DNA of 12,644 nt from Bdellovibrio sp. (GCA_046318155.1 JBKCUU010000060.1:1-12644); one strand, 5' to 3'; positions 1-7,214 are shown, counted from the first letter of the stretch. Numbers and translations: made by a program. The notes: a model not told the origin generated them from the letters alone.

Positions 1-947
1 GCATTGCGATGGCCCACCGAGCCGGTGCGCGCATTGCGAATCTCGAGTTTATGCAGTTTCACCCGACGTGTTTGTACCACCGCGACTCACGCAATTTTTT
101 GATTAGCGAAGCCTTGCGCGGTGAGGGCGGCGAATTGATGAACACCAAGGGCGATGCGTTCATGAAGAAATACCATGAGCTGGGCTCGCTCGCCCCGCGC
201 GATATTGTGGCGCGCTCGATTGATGCCGAGATGAAAACCTCGGGTGATCCTTGTGTGTACTTGGATATGCGATCTCGCACACGTGAGTATCTGCAAACAC
301 GCTTTCCGGTCATTTTTAAAAAATGTCTTGAGCATGGCATTGATATGTCCACCGATCCCATCCCCGTCGTTCCGGCCGCGCACTACTTGTGCGGCGGCGT
401 GCTGACTGATGTCGCGGGTCAAACTGACATTCCAGGTTTATGGGCTTTGGGAGAAACGGCGTGCAATGGTTTGCACGGCGCAAACCGCTTAGCTTCAAAT
501 TCATTGCTTGAATGCTTGGCCATGGCCCACAACTGCGCCGTCAAACTTCAGTCGATCAAAAACGAACTTCAGCTTCCAGTTCTAGATCCCGCCGACTGGC
601 ATCACCCCTCACAATCAGACCCCGACGAGATGGTCGTCATTCACCATATGTGGGACGAAATTCGCCGCTTGATGTGGAACTATGTCGGCATTGTCCGCTC
701 GAAAAAGCGGCTCGAGCGGGCTTCGCATCGACTCAAAAATATTTTGAGCGAAGTAAAAGAATACTATTCGATTTTTAGACTGAATAGCGACATTCTTGAA
801 CTTCGTAACATTGCCATTGTGGCGGATCTTTCAGTCGAGTGCGCGCTCAAGCGCAAAGAGTCTCGCGGCATTCACTACAACTTGGATTACCCGTGGGCAC
901 CGCCCGATTCCCAGGGTAAAGACACGCTCGTTCTTCGCGGCGACTGA
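1..947 (+). CDS. nadB: L-aspartate oxidase, C-terminal part (5'-truncated by window edge)
   Basis: Motifs (G)IAMAHRAGA, EFMQFHPT, LISEALRGEGG, LAPRDIVAR, PAAHYLCGG, GLHGANRLASNSLLEC and ESRGIHY of the NadB/FrdA/SdhA flavoprotein family. The short C-terminus and the MWNYVGIVRS segment fit NadB. The frame is open upstream of ATG 9, so the true start lies outside the window. Confidence 0.93.
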   Translation, partial: IAMAHRAGARIANLEFMQFHPTCLYHRDSRNFLISEALRGEGGELMNTKGDAFMKKYHELGSLAPRDIVARSIDAEMKTSGDPCVYLDMRSRTREYLQTRFPVIFKKCLEHGIDMSTDPIPVVPAAHYLCGGVLTDVAGQTDIPGLWALGETACNGLHGANRLASNSLLECLAMAHNCAVKLQSIKNELQLPVLDPADWHHPSQSDPDEMVVIHHMWDEIRRLMWNYVGIVRSKKRLERASHRLKNILSEVKEYYSIFRLNSDILELRNIAIVADLSVECALKRKESRGIHYNLDYPWAPPDSQGKDTLVLRGD

Positions 948-1867
948 TGCACGCGCTGAATTTTTTTGTTCATTTTTTGTTTCTCTGCGCGCTGTTGACC
1001 AGCGCCAAGCCCGCGTGGGCTCAAGCCGAGGACACCTCGCTCTGGGAGTACGGTTTTGGTTTGGGCTATGTTCATTTTGAGCACTACCCGGCCGCGGATC
1101 AATTTTCGAATTTGTTTTTACCCTTTCCGACGTTTCAATACCGGGGACGGATTTTGCGGGCCGATGACCGTGAGGGCACTCGGGCGTATCTTTTTAAAGG
1201 CGAGCGGTGGTCTTTTGAAATGGCCGGCGGTGGTTATCCTGCTCTTAAGTCCGATGAAAACTCGGCTCGTCGCGGGATGGACGATCTTCCTTGGATGCTT
1301 CAGCTGGGTCCGCAACTGGTTGTTAAATTGGTTCCCGACTTTGAATTCAAGCTCGCCGTGTTTCAAGCCCTGTCGACGGACTTTAGCCTCACAAAGACGG
1401 CGGGCATTGCCTATCAAGGCAAGCTGCAGTACCGGTGGCAAACACAATTTTCGAATGAGGACTTCAAGGTCCCAGTTCTTGCCGAGCAGATCACCAGCTT
1501 TGGTCAACTGACCTGGTCTTTAAAGGGCGGGGACAAAGAGTTTTTAAGAACTTACTTTGAAGTTCCAGCGCTTTTTGCAACATCCTCCCGCCCTGCGTTT
1601 TCTGCGCGATCAGGCTTTTTAAGCAGCGAACTTTCTTACTTTCAATCTTTTCGCTCGGGCCGAGCCTCGTTTTACTTGGGCGCTGCGCTCACCGATTACG
1701 CGGGATCGTCCAACCGCAAAAGCCCGCTGCACAAATCGGATCTGAATGTGACCTACCTTGTCGGTCTCACTTACGTGCTTGGCGAATCTCAGCGCCCGTC
1801 CGTCCCGCTTGAACAAACCGAAGGCCTCATCAACCGGTTTGAAAAACGCCTCAACTTGATGCCGTAA
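947..1867 (+). CDS. MipA/OmpV-family (MltA-interacting) outer-membrane protein
   Basis: Signal peptide ending PAWA. WEYGFGLG, LPFPTFQYRG and ARRGMDDL..LQLGP segments, TYFEVP and SPL near the C-terminus, and amphipathic beta-strands are typical of MipA-like barrels. The ATG overlaps the nadB stop (TGATG, 945-949). Confidence 0.8.
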   Translation: MHALNFFVHFLFLCALLTSAKPAWAQAEDTSLWEYGFGLGYVHFEHYPAADQFSNLFLPFPTFQYRGRILRADDREGTRAYLFKGERWSFEMAGGGYPALKSDENSARRGMDDLPWMLQLGPQLVVKLVPDFEFKLAVFQALSTDFSLTKTAGIAYQGKLQYRWQTQFSNEDFKVPVLAEQITSFGQLTWSLKGGDKEFLRTYFEVPALFATSSRPAFSARSGFLSSELSYFQSFRSGRASFYLGAALTDYAGSSNRKSPLHKSDLNVTYLVGLTYVLGESQRPSVPLEQTEGLINRFEKRLNLMP

Positions 1868-1989
1868 TGAGGACGCGGTGACAGCTGCGCCTTTGTCCTG
1901 TTTTTGAAACACTTTGTCCCTATCGGTCAGTCTATTGGCAAGCCGCAGGACTAGCCGCTTCCGCGGACCACCTCGAGTGAAGACAAAAG

Positions 1990-2019
1990 TTGACCCTTGT
2001 CTTGTTTTCGGACCATGAT
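1990..2019 (+). promoter_or_regulatory. Candidate sigma70 promoter for the lipoprotein gene
   Basis: TTGACC (1990-1995), 18 nt, CATGAT (2014-2019), followed by RBS GGAGG at 2027-2031. Confidence 0.4.
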
Positions 2020-2041
2020 CGTTAACGGAGGAAGACCACCG

Positions 2042-2638
2042 ATGTTACATCTTAGAATCACGATTCTGGCTTTGGTTTTTGCAGCTCTGGGTTGCGCGTC
2101 TCTTCCTGACAATCCGCAATTGCAGTTGATCTCGGTCGGTGAGTACCAAAGCATCATCAATAAAAATACCGAAGGCGCTAAAAGCTACGATGGTTTTATG
2201 AACACGATGGATTTTAAAGCAACGCTGCTCAGCAGTGCTGTGGTGCGTGCACAAGCCGATCAAAATGCCCGTGTGTACCAATGGGACCCCGCTCAGTATG
2301 CAAAAGAAAAAGAAACTTCAGAAGCCAACCTGCAAAAAGAATCGCAAATGTTTTTGAGCTTCTTTATCCCCGAGCGCAAGTATGATGATTTAGCGAAGCC
2401 CACCACACGCTGGAAAATCTTTTTGGATGCCAATGGCCGACGCTTCGAAGGCAAGGCTGCACGGATCAAAGCACAGCTGGCGGAGCTGATGGTTCTGTAC
2501 CCGCATCACACGCGCTGGCAAACGGCGTACAAGGTGACTTTCCCGATCCCGATGAGCTTGATCGAAAAGAGCGAGAAAAAACTCACGCTCACCGGCCCCG
2601 TGGGTTCGTCGAGCATCGTGTTTAAATCGGTGGAATAG
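2042..2638 (+). CDS. Hypothetical lipoprotein (198 aa)
   Basis: ATG 2042 lies 10 nt after GGAGG, so it is preferred to the TTG 1997 start in the track. A hydrophobic leader ends in lipobox AALG-C18. No domain recognised. Confidence 0.8.
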   Translation: MLHLRITILALVFAALGCASLPDNPQLQLISVGEYQSIINKNTEGAKSYDGFMNTMDFKATLLSSAVVRAQADQNARVYQWDPAQYAKEKETSEANLQKESQMFLSFFIPERKYDDLAKPTTRWKIFLDANGRRFEGKAARIKAQLAELMVLYPHHTRWQTAYKVTFPIPMSLIEKSEKKLTLTGPVGSSSIVFKSVE

Positions 2639-2710
2639 TCCCGCGCCTAAATACTTGCGATGTGATTGGTGCAAATCCTTAGGGCCTATGTCATTTGCGG
2701 GTTTTATTTT

Positions 2711-3559
2711 CTAAATGACTGATCCTTGAAAGACTTCGCCCACCGCAAAGCGAGGCTGAAGATGATCCACTTCGAGGCCAAAAGTACTCTGGCACTGGCG
2801 CCCCGAGTTTCTATCGACGTACTGACAATGTTTGTCGCGAGACAAAATCATTTTCCTCGTTTTCGGTGTGATGCTTTTGTTGACGCGCTTTGACTCCGCG
2901 GCGGCAATCGCAACCGCTGGTGCTTTTTCAGCTGTGTGATTTTTTACTAGAAATTGATCGGCCAGGTGTTCGATCACCGATGCCAAGGTAAAGTCTTGAT
3001 TCTTTTGTGCCAGTCCATAGGCCGAAGGATCTTTGCATCGGCACAGCTTTTCGTACTGTGTCTGCGTCAGCTGGATAGATAAGGAAACCGAGTCTTTTTG
3101 AAATTGTGTTCTCTCGGGTTCTTGGATCTCGAGATCCAATGCCCGTGAGATTTCTTTTTGCGTTTCAGGCACAGATTTGCCCGCTATCTTTTGAAGGATC
3201 TCTTGCCTTTGACAAAGACTGACTCTTTCGCCAGATTGCTTGGCTTTTTCTTTGAGAGCGCGTGAGAGGTCTCCGATCTGAGTCAGATTCAAATCCCCAG
3301 ACTCAATCTGAATGGCCATAGAAGGGATCTCCTTTAGAAGTCTTGCGATCTCGAGCCTTCGCATGGCAGCCGATCCCGAATAGGAAAGCTCTTTCACAAG
3401 ATATTCAAAAGTCGAGGCGTAGGCTCGGTCGAAATAAATGCGGCGAGCTTCAATCTGCTGGATATGCAAAAGAATCGAGTGCAGCAGTTCTCGCTCTTGA
3501 ACAACGAGATTTTTGAGATTGAGTCCAACCTCTTGATTGCTGAGTTTCTGAATGGACAT
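2711..3559 (-). CDS. HNH-endonuclease-family protein with long helical N-terminal region; HNH motif truncated (copy A, possible pseudogene)
   Basis: N-terminus LSNQEV..NLKNLVVQERELL..FEYLVKELSYSGSAAMRRL, then RDKHCQY..GRQCQSTFGLEVDHLQPRFA. The sequence then becomes VGEVFQGSVI-stop and lacks the GG..NL..LCxxHN half of the HNH motif. Confidence 0.82.
   Translation of the reverse strand: MSIQKLSNQEVGLNLKNLVVQERELLHSILLHIQQIEARRIYFDRAYASTFEYLVKELSYSGSAAMRRLEIARLLKEIPSMAIQIESGDLNLTQIGDLSRALKEKAKQSGERVSLCQRQEILQKIAGKSVPETQKEISRALDLEIQEPERTQFQKDSVSLSIQLTQTQYEKLCRCKDPSAYGLAQKNQDFTLASVIEHLADQFLVKNHTAEKAPAVAIAAAESKRVNKSITPKTRKMILSRDKHCQYVDRNSGRQCQSTFGLEVDHLQPRFAVGEVFQGSVI
2743..3007 (-). repeat. Left arm of long imperfect inverted repeat (pairs with 4889-5150)
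   Basis: Manual codon alignment gives about 198/261 identical nt with one codon gap. Perfect blocks: 2873-2907 with 4986-5020 (35 bp) and 2762-2779 with 5114-5131 (18 bp). Confidence 0.93.
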
Positions 3560-3560
3560 G

Positions 3561-3591
3561 AGGCTTAATCCATTGTTAAAAGGCTTAATCC
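3561..3591. repeat. Direct repeat AGGCTTAATCC x2 (20-bp period) at the HNH start codon
   Basis: Identical 11-mers at 3561-3571 and 3581-3591. Confidence 0.85.
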
Positions 3592-3972
3592 TGCCGAGGT
3601 CATGTGATCTTCAAATTGAACAAAATATTTTGAAAATTCGAAATGCAAAACGACCAGAGGCATTGCTGAGTTCAAGAAAAATGCGTCAAAAAAAAATTCA
3701 AAAAACATTCTAAATTGCACATCGCAAAAGTTTTCTGTTTCTATCCATGGACGGCTGTTCTGTTCCAAGAATGAATTCAATTTTTGCCACACCATCTTCC
3801 AAAAAACCGTGGCGGTGACGCGACTCCACAACTTGGGCCCAACCAACCAAGGTGAAGAAATTGAAGTCGCGGCATCGGGGCTCACGCATTATCAGACCCG
3901 AAAAGGTCGCGGCGACCATTATCGAATCTTTGGGCATTTCGCGTAAACGCTTTGCTTCGGTTCCAGACCGTG

Positions 3973-4000
3973 TTGAGAGCCTATCAAAATGGGCTCTCAA
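3973..4000. other. Stem-loop downstream of the 4049-4717 gene
   Basis: TTGAGAGCC (3973-3981) and GGCTCTCAA (3992-4000) form a perfect 9-bp stem, extendable by 3 pairs on the + strand. No U-tract on either side, so a terminator role is uncertain. Confidence 0.55.
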
Positions 4001-4048
4001 ATAGACGAGAAGCTCAGCTCAACACGACTCGTTGTCGGCTCATGCGAC

Positions 4049-4717
4049 TCACTTCGGTCCCATGGTCGGGTCAAAAGGAGCATACCAAGGTTCTTCGATC
4101 TCGTGCCGCGAAATTGCTCTCGTAACAAGGTTGGACCCCGCATCGACCAGCTCTCGTCCACTCATCCAATAGGAGCCTGGTAAAGTAAAAACTTTCAGCG
4201 CCCACAATTGATCGATCCACTTTTTACTGACTCCGGCGTCGATCAAAATTTGTAACATCTCGCGCGTCTTGAGTTCATTTGGCACGTTGGTCATCTCGTG
4301 ACGAGTGGCTCCGTGAAACATGAACATCGAGGCCTCACCCGCATAGCGATTTTCGCCTTGAGCGTAAAGCATCACGCACATGCTGGCACATGTTGTCCCG
4401 TTCTCGACGCTCGTCAAAATCTTGCGTCCATTTCTTTTTTCCGCCGTTAGCAAAGCGATCAGCTTGAGGCCCTCATTGGCCGCCCCACCGTTTGAGTTCA
4501 GAATAATCAGCAGGGGCTGCTTTGGTTTTAACGGCGCCAGAATCTGCTCCAGCTTGTCTGCCATAGGCCAAGCGATCGCTCCCTGAATTCGAAGAACATA
4601 AAGTGGTTGATCTTTGGCATCGGTCCCATCTGCCAGGCTGATCGCACCCGCCTCGAGCGATTGGGCAAAGCCACTAAGGCTCGAGAAAACAATCATGGCA
4701 AATAAAAATAACTTCAT
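4049..4717 (-). CDS. Secreted ClpP/crotonase-fold protein (putative serine peptidase)
   Basis: Signal peptide MKLFLFAMIVFSSLSGFA. LRIQGAI, ILNSNGG, CASMC and FMFHG match ClpP-like INSPGG, AASM and IMIHQP motifs in order. RBS-like AGGTGAGG at 4729-4722. Confidence 0.75.
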   Translation of the reverse strand: MKLFLFAMIVFSSLSGFAQSLEAGAISLADGTDAKDQPLYVLRIQGAIAWPMADKLEQILAPLKPKQPLLIILNSNGGAANEGLKLIALLTAEKRNGRKILTSVENGTTCASMCVMLYAQGENRYAGEASMFMFHGATRHEMTNVPNELKTREMLQILIDAGVSKKWIDQLWALKVFTLPGSYWMSGRELVDAGSNLVTRAISRHEIEEPWYAPFDPTMGPK

Positions 4718-4867
4718 AAGCCCTCACCTGACTAGTTGGCGATACTACATTGGGTGTCAGAGCAATCTAAAAGCCGGCTAAGAACTAATTCAATTCGAGA
4801 CAGCCAGGCAGGAGCGTCAAAGCCCTTCGAATGGGGCCTATTTTTGTCACGGCACTTTAACGGGTCT

Positions 4868-5242
4868 CCGTCGGTGCATGGGCTTTGACAAAAGAATCAC
4901 AATTTTGATTGGGCCGCGGTGATCGAGCACCTGGCAGATCAGTCTTTAGCCAAGAAGACGCTTGAAAGAACAACACCGACGGCTCTTGCCGCCGCGGAGT
5001 CAAAGCGCGTCAACAAAAGCCTCACGCCCAGAAGAAGAAAAGTGATTTTACATCGTGGCAAGCATTGCCAGTAGGTTGATCAAAAATCAGGTCGCCAATG
5101 TCAAAGCACCTTCGGCCTCGAAGTGGATCATGGGCAACCCCGCTTTGCGGGCGGGGATCACGATCTGAATAATCTTCGAGCACTTTGCAAGAAGCACAAC
5201 CTGCATCGGTACCGTCAACAGGCGCAGAGACGGTTTTTCTAG
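4868..5242 (+). pseudogene. 3' fragment of the same HNH-endonuclease family (copy B) with complete HNH motif and two in-frame stops
   Basis: Frame +2 reads PSVHGL*QKNHNFDWAAVIEHLADQ..AAAESKRVNKSLTPRRRKVILHRGKHCQ*VDQKSGRQCQSTFGLEVDHGQPRFAGGDHDLNNLRALCKKHNLHRYRQQAQRRFF*. Stops are TGA 4886 and TAG 5072, with the terminal TAG at 5240-5242. There is no N-terminal part. Confidence 0.9.
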
Positions 5243-5445
5243 CTCTTGACGAACGCATAAATAAAGGTGCCGTGGGCGATGGAATTGCTGAGCGAAAAAT
5301 GGCGCACAGAGAAATAGTCCCAGAGGCGCGTGGCTAAAGCCACGGCGAGAAAAAAATACGATTTGCATTGAGCTTCTTCGCGGACGTCACTTTGTAGCCA
5401 GCGAAGACAAGACCAAGGCGTCTTTATTTATGCGTTCTTAAAGAG
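5243..5445 (+). repeat. 203-nt element bounded by a 33-bp imperfect inverted repeat (candidate structured ncRNA or MITE-like element)
   Basis: 5243-5275 pairs with 5413-5445: 28 Watson-Crick, 2 G-U and 3 mismatches. The perfect core is GAACGCATAAATAAAG (5251-5266) with CTTTATTTATGCGTTC (5422-5437). Internal hairpins at 5329-5344 and 5375-5407. Confidence 0.8.
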
Positions 5446-5554
5446 GTCGGAGTCTTGATCCCGGAAGACGGTCCTTGGAGTGGTTCCTGAGTTACTGCTC
5501 GGGAGTCCACTGCCCACTCTGTGTTCGGATGACGCTCGTATGACCAAGTTGTGC

Positions 5555-6334
5555 TTATCCCCGAGTGAACTTTTTGGTCACCAGTTTTTGAAAGGTCGCT
5601 GGCAAATGTTGGGCAACTCTGAGACCAATTCCACTCAAGCCCTGGGGCTTTAAAGTATCAAAGTCTTCAAGAATGGCTTCGCGGATCATCTCGGCGTATT
5701 TCTTTGACGATATGCTCGTCAAAAAACTCACATCCAGATTTTTACCGTATTTTTTAGGAATATCCTTAAACATCCGAGTCTCAATACCGGGCGTGATGAG
5801 TAAAAGAGTTGAAACTCCCGTTCCCGGTAGCTCAGTTTTGAGACACTCGGTAAAGGCCGCGACGGCCGCCTTTGAGGCCGCATAAGTCGAGGCACACGGA
5901 AAGTGCATGTAAGCCGACACTGACGAGTTATTGATGATCTTACCCCGTTTACGCAAAAGCATGCCTGGCAAAAAAGCGTGAGTGAGGTGGATCAAGGCGT
6001 TCACATTCACTTGCAGCATCGAATAAATCTCTGGGATGCTTTGCTCTTCGAACAAACTCCCGGTCAGCTGGCCGGCATTGTTAAAGAGAATATCGATTTC
6101 GAGTTGGCTGTGTTTGACCAAAAAAGCCTCGACACCTTCACGCGAGCCCAAATCCGCGGCGTACTGGACAACCGAGGCCGCTCCCGCTTTTTCAAGAGCT
6201 GTAACGAGCTCGGCATCTTGTGTGCGATTGACAACATGAAGGTGCGCTTTGTTTTCGGCACACATCATGGCAACAGCTCGGCCGATTCCCCGGTTTGCGC
6301 CCGTGATTAAGATATGACTGCTTTGAATTTGCAT
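5555..6334 (-). CDS. Short-chain dehydrogenase/reductase (SDR) family oxidoreductase
   Basis: TGANRGIG cofactor motif, NNAG, NSS and catalytic YAASK. The start directly abuts the rnhA stop (TAAATG). Confidence 0.95.
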   Translation of the reverse strand: MQIQSSHILITGANRGIGRAVAMMCAENKAHLHVVNRTQDAELVTALEKAGAASVVQYAADLGSREGVEAFLVKHSQLEIDILFNNAGQLTGSLFEEQSIPEIYSMLQVNVNALIHLTHAFLPGMLLRKRGKIINNSSVSAYMHFPCASTYAASKAAVAAFTECLKTELPGTGVSTLLLITPGIETRMFKDIPKKYGKNLDVSFLTSISSKKYAEMIREAILEDFDTLKPQGLSGIGLRVAQHLPATFQKLVTKKFTRG

Positions 6335-7078
6335 TTAGTCTCCTTTTAATTTAATGGGGTCGACGCCCCAGTCTTTGAGAATGGCGGCCTCATCCGCCTG
6401 TGATGCGGCCTTTTTAAATTTGGCACCGCTCTTACCTTTGACCCGTCTCTCACAGGACGCCCAGTCGGCATGGCGCATGGCCTCACCGTTAAGGACCGAG
6501 AGGTACGAGTGCGCAGCTTTTTTTTCTTGCTGAGGACGCATCTCGGGAAGCGGACTCTTTTCCGGAAAGTCATGAACCGCAACGGGATACCCAATCAAGG
6601 GCCCATCGTACAAATCAACCCAACGACCCTTGGTCAGATTGGCCGCGATCTCATCGCAGCGTTCATTGCCAGGATTGCCGGTATGGCCCCGGATGTACTG
6701 CCACTCGATTTTGCTCCCCTTACGAGCCAGCACCAAATGGTGAAGACGCTCCCACAAATCGCGGTTTGAAACTTCTTCGCCGGCCGCATTTTTCCAACCC
6801 CGCTTCTTCCAGCCCCACACCCACTGCGTGATTCCGCGGATCACATAAGTGGAGTCAGTAAACAAAACCACATCGCCGTCGCGGTCTTTGATAAAACTCA
6901 AAGCACTGATGGCACCCATTAATTCCATTTGGTTGTTGGTCACTGGTGCGTCTTTACCACCAAGCTCGCGAACGAAGCCTTCGGGAAAGATCACGATCGC
7001 GCCCCAGCCGCCAGGACCAGGATTTCCTGAGCAGGCACCGTCGGTGTAAATCGAGATGATCTTGAGCCAGTTTGACAT
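6335..7078 (-). CDS. rnhA: Ribonuclease HI with C-terminal viroplasmin-like hybrid-binding domain (247 aa)
   Basis: YTDGACSGNPGPGGWG, TNNQMEL, FTDSTYV, NRDLW and GHTGNPGNERCD. The C-terminal segment is W..C...VKG.SGAKFKK. ATG 7078 is preferred over 7126 because RNase H homology starts just after it. Confidence 0.93.
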   Translation of the reverse strand: MSNWLKIISIYTDGACSGNPGPGGWGAIVIFPEGFVRELGGKDAPVTNNQMELMGAISALSFIKDRDGDVVLFTDSTYVIRGITQWVWGWKKRGWKNAAGEEVSNRDLWERLHHLVLARKGSKIEWQYIRGHTGNPGNERCDEIAANLTKGRWVDLYDGPLIGYPVAVHDFPEKSPLPEMRPQQEKKAAHSYLSVLNGEAMRHADWASCERRVKGKSGAKFKKAASQADEAAILKDWGVDPIKLKGD

Positions 7079-7214
7079 GGGCCTAGTGTCGAGGCAAAAA
7101 CCGTCCCCTGACAATCTTTTTGACACTCAAAAACGCCCACTTCTTCCGTACGCGTTCCATAGACGCAAAATGACACCCGAAATCACGGCACGAAGACTGC
7201 TTAATAGTTGCCAG

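Noticed and set aside
1868..1910. Possible intrinsic terminator after the MipA-like gene
   Set aside because: The stem is short, has G-U pairs and is separated from the T-run. Too weak to call.
3747..4004. Interrupted + strand frame (MDGCSVPRMNS..KPWR*RDSTTW..SKWALK*) and the overlapping minus ORFs 3565-3885 and 3710-4000
   Set aside because: No recognisable homology or RBS. It could be a decayed gene, but that cannot be supported from the sequence alone.
2743..5150. The repeat pair as a diversity-generating retroelement TR/VR
   Set aside because: Differences involve all four bases and are largely at third codon positions rather than adenine-specific. No reverse transcriptase in the window.
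5279..5317. Mini-ORF MELLSEKWRTEK inside the inverted-repeat element
   Set aside because: Only 12 codons with no recognisable features, so it is expected by chance.
5022..5368. Minus-strand ORFs 5022-5258 and 5087-5368
   Set aside because: Antisense shadows of the HNH pseudogene fragment and the structured element.
5243..5445. Retron msr-msd or 6S RNA
   Set aside because: No adjacent reverse transcriptase. The interior folds as separate hairpins rather than a clear 6S-like rod with a central bubble, and the usual 6S neighbours are absent. Not formally excluded without an Rfam search.
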